A stretch of DNA of 63,083 bases, the filler included, from Choristocarpus tenellus KU-1152 (lineage: Eukaryota; Protista; Phaeophyceae): NCBI GenBank assembly GCA_964200185.2. It is 13 parts of 13 records of this genome, joined end to end, with 100 filler letters (N's around TTAATTAATTAA, not from the genome) between each part and the next. Parts side by side here need not be neighbours in the genome. Positions count along the whole stretch, not along the records: positions 13,155 to 16,147 come from CAXNAD020023078.1; positions 16,248 to 20,008 come from CAXNAD020018092.1; positions 20,109 to 23,591 come from CAXNAD020019726.1; positions 23,692 to 26,896 come from CAXNAD020021561.1; 9 more parts are not named here. One strand, 5' to 3'. The translations under genes and the position numbers were made by a program. The notes below the pieces were generated by a model, which was not told where the DNA came from, made no database searches, and worked only from the letters and a program-made list of their open reading frames with translations. Every line of letters starts with the position of its first letter. Position 1 is the stretch's first letter. This document shows, piece by piece, positions 13,155 to 25,560 of the stretch.

Positions 13155-13772
13155 CCCCCCCCGCTGAGCCATTCCCCTGAATGCCCCTTCCCTTGTCTGC
13201 CTGTCTGCTTGCTTGCCTGTCAGTGAGGAAAATGACAACGATGAACCTTCAGAGGAGCAGCGCTCAGGCACTATCCGAGCAGCGTACTCTCCACATTCAA
13301 GCAATACCCGTGAAGGCCTAGTAGGAAGAGGCAGCATGAGCCCAGTTCCTGAAACCAGTACCACGCCAGTGAAGAGTGGGGCTCAGGTAGCGACAAAGGT
13401 GGGGGTTATGTAATTGGGGGATAGCATGAGGGTTAGCGGTGGGGGGATTGATATAGGTGTGTGGATGAGTTGAAGATTCAGGATTGATATAGGTGTGTGG
13501 ATGAGTTGAAGATTCAGGATTGTTTTGAGTATGTGTGTTGGTTGTTTTTCCTGGATTCTGACCGGGTATATGCCGTTGGGGTCTAGGTTTGTGAAGTTGT
13601 CGAAATATTTACGTGTTTTTTTTTCTTTTGGTATGGATTGAGTCTTGGCACTAGGGGTATATGTATCTATTGAGCCGGATATGCTTGTTGCAGTGGTCTG
13701 AGTATAGAAAGTGAGGAGTACGTGAGAGGTCTTCAACGTTGGATGATGAAGTTGCGAGGTTTTAACAGAAAA

Positions 13773-13808
<36 letters not shown>

Positions 13809-15769
13809 TATTTTTTTCTTAGTGTCTAGAATGTTTTCAAGTTGGTTGTTCAAATGCTCGAGGTTTCTTAGCGGGGTGAAAGAGTCTCAACATACAGTTA
13901 CAACTAAGAATTAAAAAAAAACAGGCGAAGTGCACTACGCTTAACCTTGGAGGGCGTCATGTGGGATCAGGGGTGCTGCCCATGCGAGGGTCGGATCCAT
14001 CTTCTCCAATTAGTTCTCATGGGGCAGGGGCAGGGGCAGCATCAGAGATAGAGAGAGAGGCGGAGATAGAGATGAAGACAGAGGCAGGGAAGTCAGGACC
14101 TGCAGGAGAGCATACCCACCAGCACCAGGTTGGGCAGGAGGGCGGGCCAGTTCAGAGCGGGGATCATGAGAAGCCGGTTTCCAGTGATCTGGAGGCGGTG
14201 ACTGCGGTGAGTGTTGGCGTGCCTGACGGATTGGGTGGATGGGTGGATGGGTGGATGGATTGTGTGTTGAGGAGTGAGGGAAGGGGAGAAATGTAAGGGT
14301 TATAATGTTGTTTAATTGGGATGTGGCTTCATTGCTCGGTATTACTGGGTGATTGGGGATGGGGAGGGGGAGGGGGGGATGTTGGGGAGGTTGCGAAGGG
14401 TGCGTTGTGTTTGCCATGGGATGTACAGGTATTGGCTCTATTATTATTATTTATTTATTTTTTGTTCCAGGTACTCCGGAGTGGTTGTAAGTACAGGAAA
14501 TTTCTGAGATATCTTGCTGGTTTTTTAGTTGGTCTGTGCCTTTTTTTATGATTGTGTTGAGAGTCATGGCAGTTGCATTGACTTGAGTTGCAATAATAGT
14601 TGGAACAAGCAAAAGTTGGGTTTTTTGTTGGGTTTTTTTGTCACAGTGCAGGTCGAAGTGTGACTACTGAACATGCCAGACAAGAGGTCACAGAGCAATC
14701 ACATACTTAGTATCTGTCACAAGGTGTCACCACCCACAACTTGCCATACACTTCACTGCTGTTCATGGCCCTTTTGATGACCTTGTGTGTGTTTCATGCA
14801 CACCGCCTCGTGCGTTTCATGCATACCACCTCGTGCATTTCATGCACACCACCTCGTGCGTCTACATTCCAATCCGGTTTAGTTGTAGTTGTAACTTTTT
14901 TTTATTTTCAGTACTTGTGTTTGTCTTTTATATTGGTACATCGCAGGCGTTTTTTGGTGTGGGGTTTTGAGGAGAGTCAACAGGTGCTAACTTTTTAGGA
15001 CTTGAGACCTATGAGTGGGTTGGTGTATCTGATGATAAGGCAGGGGAAGTATTGGACCACAAGTAGGGGCGGGGTGGATCATCTTTTTCAAAAATGTTGA
15101 TGGTTGACAGAGTTCTTGCCTTGAGTATTTTGGTTGTACGGAAGTATTTATCGGAATTGTGCTCATGGGGTGTGTGTTCTTGTTTGTCATAGTTGATGGT
15201 ACTGTTGAGTTTTTTTCATTTATTGTTAAATCTTGAAGTAATTACCTCCACTGTATTCCTAACCCTATCACACACACTCACACACACACACACACACACA
15301 CACACAAGCATCGAACATGCCTGCCATATATGACAAACTCTGTTGAAACATGCCGCCCTGGTTCTCAAAAAGCAGGAGCTTGGATGCCACAATCCTGCTG
15401 AAGGCGAAGGGGAAAGGGAAGGGGAAAGGGAAGTGGCAAGTGGAAGCAGAGAGATAGGTATAGAAGATACCAAGAGCAACTATGGCGTTGGATCTGAGGC
15501 TGGAGTCACGGGTAATACAGGCAATCAAAGTGGGCTACTCAGGTGAGTTGTGGCGCGGTGTTGTTGGGTTGTTTTCGGGCAGGGGCAGGGGCAGAGATAG
15601 GGACAGGAGGTAAAAGGATCACCAGCAACTGGGTGGTTTCTAACGTTGGGACTAAAAAGGGTTAGGGATCTATTGATTGGGGATCTTTCAGCGATGTCTT
15701 GGGTCCCTTTGGTGAAACAGGACAGCGGTGCTACGGGTGCAAGTGTGGTCTAGGAGATGCAGTGTGTGA
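13155..15769 (+). CDS. Fragment of a low-complexity, probably disordered protein gene
   Basis: Phase-compatible GT-AG exons <13155-13386, 13925-14206, 14471-14486 (16 nt), 14652-14686, 15376-15542, possibly 15721-15769; Gly/Ser/Glu-rich, no recognisable domain. Confidence 0.5.
14790..14860 (+). repeat. ~23-bp tandem repeat x3
   Basis: GTTTCATGCACACCGCCTCGTGC-like unit three times. Confidence 0.8.
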
Positions 15770-17449
15770 GGAGTGTGTGTTCTAGGTCTTTGTTTTTACG
15801 TGTCGTCTTGCTGGTATGTATTGTATCCCCTGGGGGGAAAAATGGTAGCGGTAGGTTGGGTATGTAGTGTAATGGGATGATATTGGAGTGTAGTTTTATG
15901 CTGTAGTATGGTCCATATTTTGCTGGAGTGGGGAAGGGGGTAGGGAGGGGGCTCTGAGTTGTGGAATTTAGTCTGGGAAGGAAGGAATATTTGGTGGTGT
16001 AAGGAGGAAACTGAATTAAACTTCTGTTGACAATGGATTATCGTTGGCTTAGATACGAGACCACTGCGTGTGTTTTTTTGGTGAGTTGGCTGGGGGGGGG
16101 GGGAATGAACAGACAAGCAATTGTGTAGGATAGTCCTTGTCACACAANNNNNNNNNNNNNNNNNNNNNNNNNNNNNNNNNNNNNNNNNNNNTTAATTAAT
16201 TAANNNNNNNNNNNNNNNNNNNNNNNNNNNNNNNNNNNNNNNNNNNNTGGGAGTGGTATGAAGACCATACATGTTACAGGTGCATCATGACCCTCCATGT
16301 TGAGAATCGAATTGGTTCCTTGCCTTCCTAACAACTGTACTTCCAAGCATTTGTCACTGCACCATCACCTTGAATAGATGGTGCAAGACACCAAAATGTT
16401 CCGATCTTCTTCAGGGTATGCAACAGTCCAACTTCATCCACGTGATATAGCAACCAACCAACAGAATCACACACACCTGAATCAATGTTCTACCAGCTCA
16501 CAATTGGTGTATGTTGCCCAAGACACCGTGTGCACTCTTTATCAATTTTCCTCTTACCCATGGATCGATTGATGCTTGTGGTGCCTCTTCCTTCTACACC
16601 ATACCTTTTCCTGCCATGGCCTCCAGCTTGAGCGTTCATTTTTCATAAAAGGTACAGTCATCCCAGGCAGGTTGAACACTGAATGCACAAATTGTTTATA
16701 CAAATATTCGAGCTATGATGTGATGACTTAATGCATAAGTGCATGTCTTTGTAGTGGAGCCTGTATGGGCAAGCTTCTCAAGGATTACCTGCTCCAAATT
16801 CAGCAATACCTTATGTTTCCTCCTGGAGCTGGTGGACACTGAAGTAGTTGTTTGGCCCTGTCCTGGCTTCCACTCTTTCAGTCTAGGCTTGATTACCTTT
16901 TTTGCAAGATTCTAGCTGATGACTGGTGCTATTGTCCAATTCCCTTGCCTCCCTTCACTGATGCCCTATAGCAGGTAGGGTGTACCACATTGGTTTCATT
17001 TAAAGTACTATACTCCTACCATCCTCAACCATAGAGGGACAACGTTCAGCAGTCTTGGTGTATGTGATGTCATGAAACAAGTACCGTATGTGCCCTCTAA
17101 CACTATGGAAATTTGTACACTGATGTTGGAAGAAGGATACGTGGTACCCACTTTGACCACTATTTCGCTACAAGTTGGTACTACCATAAGTCGTTGATAT
17201 TGCTGTTGTCAAGATACTTTTATACTCACTAGTGTAGGGTAGTGAATCGTAGTGGTTGAATCAATACGATTTGATTGAAGATGACGAATATGAACTGAAC
17301 CGGAAAATTGTGGAGTGATGTTGAATCAATATTCTTCACACAAGCGCGCATTGGGTGCTATTATCGCAGACCTCGGTGGCTTGCACTCCTCATTCAATTC
17401 GTCCCCTGCATATACACTTGGATTATAATCGACTACACGAAGAAAGTTT

Positions 17450-19390
17450 GAGTTAATCTGACGATAATACTAGTTACGTACCATTACGATCATAATACAA
17501 CAATCAAAACATCACTTTCCAAGAAACTGAGCAAATATCTACTACTTCTTCTATTAAGGTACTATGACGTTGGTTTTGTTTTGGTGTGGGATGTGCATAA
17601 TACATCATGCAAAGATAATGGTGAGCGATGTATTCAAGTGATACTCCTCAAGATAGGTTTTGCACTACATATGGTTATTGTTCTCAACTCTCTACACTTA
17701 CTACAAGCAACATCAGGAATACTCACGAATATTTAAAATGAATAGAAATCATTTCGTTCTTCATAAGAAATTCTGATCATTCAAACATTCGTATATTATG
17801 TAGAGATAGTGAACAACCTGTTGATACCCTAGCCCTTACGCATCTTGGTTGATTCAGATGATGAATCTCTCTTTATTGATACAGCTTAGAAGTATTATAA
17901 TTGTCCCAATCACCTGTGTCGTTAGCCGCTGCACAGATCAGATAATTCCGTAAAGTGTACGCTCGAGTTCAGGTCCATGCCTCTGGCATGCGAAATTGGG
18001 TATGGCAAAAACGTCCACTGGGCTATAACCTACGCCTCTTCATATTTAACCACCCTGGGGATATCGCCTTTTGTCCTGCTTATGGGCCCTAAATTTGGAC
18101 CATATGATGGATGTTGAAGGTTCGCCCATGAAAGGCTCACCAAAAATCAATCCAACACTTGGACACGTATATAAACATGCTAAATATACTTTACTGCATC
18201 CCAATGTGTGACTTTGGGATTGCTACTGTACTTGGCAACCTCACGAACTGCATTTGCAATGTCTGGCCTGGTCATGACAGCTGCCAACATCAAACTACCA
18301 ACTACCTCTCTATATGGGATATTTCATCAACACTTGGATGATCCTCATTCTTGTCTAAGGTCTTTGAGAGATTATGGGATGCTGCCCTCTTCTTTCCCCC
18401 ATCCATATCAAATCTTTGACAAATCCCCCTAATGTCTAATATACTTAGTCTGACCAATGCTAACTGTCTTCGCAATTCTGTGATGCGATATCTCACAACC
18501 TATGTAGTATTTAACGACACAAAAATCTTCTGTTGAAAGCTGCTCCTTGTTCCTGGACCACAAATCAAAACATCAGGTATTCCTACCACCATAAGATCGT
18601 CAACATGAGGGACTATTACAGCACAAACAGCGCCATTTCAAAAATAGCATAACACACAGGGATCCGCTCTGCATTGCTCAAAACCACATTGTTAAAGAAA
18701 TTGGTGTTCCCAAGACTTGTGCATGTAAATAACTGGATTATATCCTCATTATGTAGAACAGGTTGTACATGAAGTAAGGAAGATGTAAGAAAGGAGTGTG
18801 AGCTTCAAAGCTCAAAGGGGGTCATCACAGTACGATTCACATATTCTAACAACTCATCATTCAGTCCGTTGTACTAAAATAACCCGCGTACAATATTTTC
18901 ATTATCCAACAATACTTCAACAACTCAATGTTTGTCCCACAGAATCATATTTTACACATGAATAAAAAGTATATTCTTAACACACATAGTTCCATAATGT
19001 GCACCAACAAATTATTAAACTCCCCTGCTAGCTTGGTTTGTGTCATAAAGAGCTTTCATTACACGCACTACCTTTCCTGGCCATAAACCACATCCATCAC
19101 ATTAATGAACAAATATTTCTTCAGTAATTTCTGCTTCGTAAAAGCCTGCTTAACATCCCAATCCTTCAATTTCCCAATCTATGTCTGCAGCTAGTAGCGC
19201 TAAACCATTCTCAAAGATGCAGGTGACGGTGTTGGAGCAAATTTATCCTTGTAATCTAATCTCTCAATCTGTGAAAAATCATTTGCTGCCAAACGTGCCT
19301 TTTATCTGACTACCTCACTCAAAATCAATTTTGTGTCTATTGCCCCACATCTACACTACACAGTTTATATGTCATTAGGAAAAGCAAATT
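17450..19390 (-). mobile_element. Degenerate Ty1/copia reverse-transcriptase remnant(s)
   Basis: Frameshifted minus-strand motifs KARLAANDFSQ..LDY...FAP, WDVKQAF, KALY, GFEQCRADPC, HVDDL, TRPDIANAVREVAKY (19310-18180); a second older RT piece (ELERTLYG) near 17970. Confidence 0.85.
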
Positions 19391-19551
19391 TTTGTGGAAG
19401 AGGCAAGAGCAGGGGGAGGGGTAGGAGCATAGGATGGGATGAGATTAGAGATGACAAACAAATTTAAAAACATCAAGCGAAGGGGAAGGGGGAGGATTAC
19501 CTTCTTCTCACCTTTACAGAATTCATACAAAAATTATTCACAACAGTGTGC

Positions 19552-19882
19552 AAAGGTACAATATACCCCCAAAAGGTACAATATATCCACAAAGGGTAAA
19601 AACATACCCCCCAAAAGGTACAATATATCCACAAAGGGTAAAAACATACCCCCAAAAGGTACAATATATCCACAAAGGGTAAAAACATACCCCCAAAAAG
19701 GTACAATATATCCACAAAGGGTAAAAACATACCCCCAAAAGGTACAATATACCTCCAAAGGACAAAATACTACCCCCAAAAAGGTACAATATACCCACAA
19801 ACGGTAAAAACCTACCCACAAAAGGTACAACCCACCTACCAAAGGTACAATATACCCCCAAAAGGTACAACCTACCCACAAA
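19552..19882 (+). repeat. ~39-bp minisatellite built from two alternating ~19-20-bp related subunits
   Basis: AAAGGTACAATATATCCAC / AAAGGGTAAAAACATACCCCC alternate, near-perfect in the middle and degenerate at the right edge. Confidence 0.95.
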
Positions 19883-20108
19883 AAAGAATCGTAACCCAAG
19901 GACAGACGGAAAATGTAACAGCCTTCTGAGCCTCCTTTGAATGCATGAATACCTGACCAAGTAGGGGGGGGGGAGGGGGGGAGGGGCAGCGAGATTTTAG
20001 GAGGGGAGNNNNNNNNNNNNNNNNNNNNNNNNNNNNNNNNNNNNNNNNNNNNTTAATTAATTAANNNNNNNNNNNNNNNNNNNNNNNNNNNNNNNNNNNN
20101 NNNNNNNN

Positions 20109-20166
20109 GACATTAAAAAATTGGCCCCAAATGGACAGCTGCTGCCCCCCCTAGATACTTTGACCC
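20109..20166 (+). mobile_element. MITE family 2, end fragment at contig start
   Basis: CCAAATGGACAGCTGC..CCCCCCTAGATACTTTGACCC matches the right end of 56723-56900. Confidence 0.8.
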
Positions 20167-20200
20167 TTTAGTCTCGTTGAAGTTGTTTTCCTATTGTCAC

Positions 20201-21176
20201 CGGCCTACTGATGCCAATTCCGTGTGCAGAAAACTCAGCTTCTCGTGCGTCTGTAAGTACATACACCTACACGTGCGTCTGTCAGCCAAAACATTGTTGA
20301 AGTGTCCCCCCGGGTACATTACGCGATACAGGTAGGTAAAACAAGACTGAAAGGTGACCTTGCACATCAAGCATCCAAGATTCCCTTGCACCCACAAAAA
20401 ACAAAAAACAATTTATAAATATATATATACTAACCCTAACCCTAACCCCCCACTGATGATACTGCTCAAAGAAAAAGGTAGACTCTCATGAGCACTCTCA
20501 CCACGCTGGCAAAGGTCTTCCGTATCCTCTGGAACGGCGTCATCCCTGCCGGGAACACAAACGCCTTCACTTGAAGCTCGTCCCACGGCCTGGCAGATGC
20601 CCACTTGAACATAGGCTTGGTTCCCTGGCAAAAACGTGGCACACACCCACACCCCCCCACACACCCAACCACAAATATAAAAAAATATGTATGTGCACAA
20701 GATTTGAGGTAATAGGGGAGGGCTACAAAAAAAATACATTATATTATTTTGTTTTATATCGTATTATGTTACATTAATGCCGTAGCATGAGGGAGAGAGG
20801 GTGCAGGGTAAGAACTCCAGGGGCTTCATTGACACTGTTGCACCTGACAACACATGGTGATGGGGTCAAACCACAAGCCAGCTCAGTAAAAAAAAACACA
20901 TTCGAAAGGGGCTGGGCCGCCGCAGACAGGCTGGGGCAAGATGTGTTTTGAGAGGACCAGGCCGGCTGTGCGTCTCTCTCGGGGCGATCTATCTGGTCAG
21001 ACCAGGAAGGCGGTTCACAAATTCGGCTACCGGTGTCTTCCCTAACCCTAACCCTAACCCTAACTAAAACCCCAACCCCAACCCCAACCCACACCCTTCT
21101 GCTCTCAGGACCTTCAACCCTCTACCTCGCCACAAAGCACACGCAGTACATGCGCCGCAGGCACGAATGAGCAGAC
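20201..21176 (-). CDS. Internal exons of an unidentified protein gene
   Basis: Three phase-0 GT-AG exons 21176-21126, 20624-20502, 20266-20201 give VCSFVPAAHVLRVLCGEGTKPMFKWASARPWDELQVKAFVFPAGMTPFQRIRKTFASVVYVLTDAREAEFSAHGIGISRP; family not recognised. Confidence 0.55.
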
Positions 21177-21521
21177 CTTGGCGCGGGGGGGGGGGAGAGT
21201 ATGTATAGATGGGGTACGAGGACGGTAGAGGTAATCCCATCGCTTCAATCAATACCTAATCCAATCGAGCCCCCCGCTTCTCTTGAAGTTTGGAAATGAA
21301 TCTTGATACACTACGAAAATTCGGACCCAGAAAATTCCACACACACACACAACACACACACAACACACACACACACAACATACACACACAACACACACAC
21401 ACAACACACAGGAGGAGTACGTACAAAAAAAACAAATTTCTATGTTGTGCGACGCTCAACCCGACTCTTACGTTCTTAACCGCTGGTTCGACTGATCCTT
21501 ACGGACAAGAGGGAGCCGCTG

Positions 21522-21571
21522 TGTACTACTTGGAAGGTAACGATCGTTAACGTATCCTTCCAAGTAGTACA
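21522..21571. repeat. Perfect 16-bp inverted repeat with 18-nt spacer
   Basis: TGTACTACTTGGAAGG (21522-21537) / CCTTCCAAGTAGTACA (21556-21571). Confidence 0.95.
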
Positions 21572-23073
21572 AAAACCACTTTGTCCACTGGCACATACTT
21601 GATTCTCTCATGCCAAATTAAAAAATCAGAACAAAAATTTGCAACACACACACATATATATATATATATCGCCCGAGGAAGTTCCTGCTGCGTGACCCGT
21701 ATTCTCGATTTTCCAGGAACTTTTTTTTTTGTACTACCGATACTTCAAGAAGCGGCCTCAAACAGTACGAAAAGATGTTCTGAAACACACTACGAACTTT
21801 TTTTAATTTCACATAAATAGAGCCAGTGAAAGTATAAGGGAAGCACTAATATATATATATATATATATGTATCAAACCTCTCTCTTCCGTCCTCACATAC
21901 CATCTAGTCCAACCCCCCAGACAAAATATTTTCCTATGCCAAAATAAACAATTAACACTTCAAAGTTGATGTTTACATCACCACCAAATACTACTCCTAC
22001 TATTATTATTATTAATAATAATAATAATACTAATAACAATAATAATAACCAACGACAACGAAAGTCAAGAAGAGTAAGTACCGCCTCTTTAACACCGAAC
22101 CAAGCCAAAACACCCTGCTTTTTTTAAAATTTATCAACCAATCAAATGGAAGTGCGCTGGCCAGTCTCCCCCGGCCCCGCCTCCCCCTACTCTCTCCGAT
22201 CCCCCCACCCAATCACACTCTTCCACAAAACTTCCAACAAATCAAAATGTTTACCTTTCCTAACAAAAAAGAAAAAAGCGAAACTGAAAGAGAGTACACG
22301 CAAAAAAATAAATATAATATATAAAATAATATATAAATATATATATATATATATATAGCTAAAGCAAAAACCCCTCACAGGGATTAAAAAAAAACATCGA
22401 TCAGACTCTTGAGACACATACTACTGTACTGTTCTATCGAGGCAGGCAGTCGTGCAACTACCTCCCCCGGTGGAGCATTTGTACAAACCTCAACATTTGA
22501 AAAAAAAAAAATCAACACCAAAAATCGGAGAGCCCGGAAATCGGAGAGCCCAGGGAGCTAACCCAGAGCACAACATGTGAGTCACTATAGTCACACATCG
22601 TAACCTCTTCCCGAACACTCTTCTCATTCTTAGCGCATCCCCTTATGCTGGGTCCTGGACCCCTCTCCCTCACTCTGCATTCATCCTCCCACGGGGTAGT
22701 GAGTCACACAAAAAAAAATCCAGTCAGTTGGTATTTGATCCTGCAACATCTCAGATTCTGTTGAATACCCAAGGGCCGCCGCCGCCTACCAGCAGGGGAG
22801 ACAGTTAGACAGACAGTTAGTTGTACCATTTCAGTACGGGGTGTTTGTCTCAATACTTGACAATATGGCATGAACAGTGTACAAGTCCAACCCACACGCT
22901 GTTAATCCTCCCCTCCCCTCCCCTCCCTTCCCCTTTGCCCTCCCGATCGAAACGCACGAATCCCTGCGCGACAACTCAATGACCAACGCACGTACACCGC
23001 AACAAACAAAACGCCTCTGGCACGCAACGGCACCTATATTGACCCTCGACTCGACAACAAGGATTGGATCCAG

Positions 23074-23189
23074 ATCGTACGACAAACGAATCTCATCGTA
23101 CGACAAACGAATCTCATCGTACGACAAACGAATCTCATTGGTCGACAAATGAATCTTATCGTACGACAAACGAATCTCATTGGTCGAAA
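23074..23189 (+). repeat. 21-bp tandem repeat with two unit types
   Basis: ATCGTACGACAAACGAATCTC (A) and ATTGGTCGACAAATGAATCTT (B) in order A-A-A-B-A-partial B. Confidence 0.95.
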
Positions 23190-25229
23190 GGCGACACTCG
23201 CAGCAATAAAAAATAAAAAATAACTTACGACCATATTGTACACCCACTGTTTTTTTTCTCCTCTGATGTAGTACTGATACCATTGCGCTATAGAACCACT
23301 AACGGATGGAATCTGCAAGAAAGTTAAAGGAAACAAAAACAAAAATCACACCGCGTGCCAAAACGCGCGAGAAAAGCAAATGGACCAATAGAAAAAAAAA
23401 GGTTTGGAACACGAAGTCAGGGTTATACAATTCTCTACCATCAGTGGGAAAAAAAAAACCCTTTACCACTCGATTCAAAATCAATATTCTAAAAAACAAC
23501 GGAATTCAAAACCTCCAGACACATCGATTTACATCATAATATTACTCAACTAATCAAACACACACTACTTCCAAGTAGTGAGCTCAACCCCNNNNNNNNN
23601 NNNNNNNNNNNNNNNNNNNNNNNNNNNNNNNNNNNTTAATTAATTAANNNNNNNNNNNNNNNNNNNNNNNNNNNNNNNNNNNNNNNNNNNNGGGGTAGAT
23701 GTCTTCTTGGATGATCGTGGAGTGATGTTGAGTGGTGTGAGAACTGCTGTGGGATTGAGGGGAGTGGGAACTTGTGTTTGAAAGGATGGCTGGCAATCAG
23801 TGACAAAGGGCATTCACACTGGTTGGTCATCAAATGGGGAATAGAGGATAGAGGAATAAGAAAATAGGAATGTGCAAAATAATAATAATAATCCAGAATT
23901 TGTAAGCAAAACAAAGTTGAGTGTTTTGTATAAATTTTGCGTTAACTAAATGAATCTATAGCAAGCAAATTAGCTAAATTGTTAAGTTATGGGTAGAGGA
24001 AAGAAACAATGGGGACGCTTTCGTAGTTTTTATCAGAAAATTAATCTTTAATCTATCGTTCATAACATTGTACCACAAAAGACCTGAGTGTAGTTTTTAC
24101 AATAGTTCTGGTACAGAATTTACGGTCACCCTTACACCTATTCAAAGAGAAGGTGACCTTTAATTGCCAATTCCACAACACAAAGCACAACAAAAGATTA
24201 AAACCTGCAGTTGTAGGTGTTGTGAATCGAGAGCATTAATGAGCGTCAAATCGGCAACAAAAGTTTAGATGTACTCGACTATATTCAAAACATAAACACA
24301 GCGCACTATTAGAAACACACGAATAACTGGGTTCCTTGTCGAAAGTATGCAGTGTGGATGCAGAAGATGAACAATCGAAAATCACCTCTCAATTTTCGGT
24401 ATCGACGAATCGCGATTTTAAAATCGAGTCCAGTCCCTACAGGAGTTCCAGTATAAGCACAATCGAATTGCGTGTGCAATTATCGGAAAAGGTGGCGGAC
24501 AGGCTCAAGGAGAACGAATATATCAGGGAAGAAAGGCAAAGGACGCGAATCAAAACAGATGCGGCAAATATTTGGGTGGGTCATCTTGATACTCTGGGTT
24601 GTCCTTGAAATAGATGGGCCGAGTTCCAGGTACGGACAGAATCTTCAAGACAACCAGGTAGGTGCAGTCGCACACACGTAAGGGTCGAATATGAGAAAAT
24701 GTAACGAGAGTGTAGAAGATGAACATGTAAGAGAAGGCGAAAGGAAACTGATGATGTGGAGTCCAAAAAACAAGCATCGATATGAAAAACAAAATATAAT
24801 GTTTTCTTCAGAATTCTCCATCATTCAACGATTGAGATAATATCAAGCAGATGATTTCTATGTTGGAGCATCCACATTGCTATTATTGCTTAGTACTCTG
24901 CATATTCTTCTGCGCAAATTCTTCAAACTTTGTGGAGAGGTGATGATTGTTTGTTCATTTGATAAGAGTGGACAATAAACATAGCTTTTTTCGTTCTTTT
25001 GCGATATAATGGTCAGAGGGGAAAATGGCCACAGGATCCTGTTTTCTATTTAATACGTAACAGAATTTTGGGAACACATACGCCCCCAACACCTGTGGAG
25101 CTTATGTAAGGAGAACCTCAACAACGCATATTGAACTACCCTACCCTCTAGGCATTCACCATACTCACAGTCAATTCAACACATCACACTATATGATATT
25201 GTCTGGTCTTGGAAGAGATACTTTATCCT

Positions 25230-25560
25230 TCAAAAAACACGCATACCTGCAGTGGTTTTTGAAGCCATATACGGGGTGCACTTCTTGCAAAAGGAACTTG
25301 AGTCACTCGAGAATGTGAGGGCCAAAGGTTGGAGATAGTGCAAACGGACTTCAACGATGCTTTCCAACTCACAATAGCAACAGTAGCGGTATCAGCAGTG
25401 GTGACGGTATCAAACAATAAAGCAAAAGTGTAGCTGGAGCTTTAGTAGTAGACAAAAGAGAAAGAGTACATGGGTGCCTAGTGGAAGTCCAATTCTTGTT
25501 TTGCCGCAGTGAAGGCAACATCAGACGAGCGTCAGATCTACTAACACTATTAGTACACAA
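25230..25560 (+). mobile_element. Possible non-LTR retrotransposon RT remnant
   Basis: EIVQTDFNDAF resembles the LINE RT 'DFxxAF' motif; heavily degenerate. Confidence 0.3.

Noticed and set aside
21484-21495. GGTTCGACT B-box-like motif
   Set aside because: No A box or cloverleaf around it.
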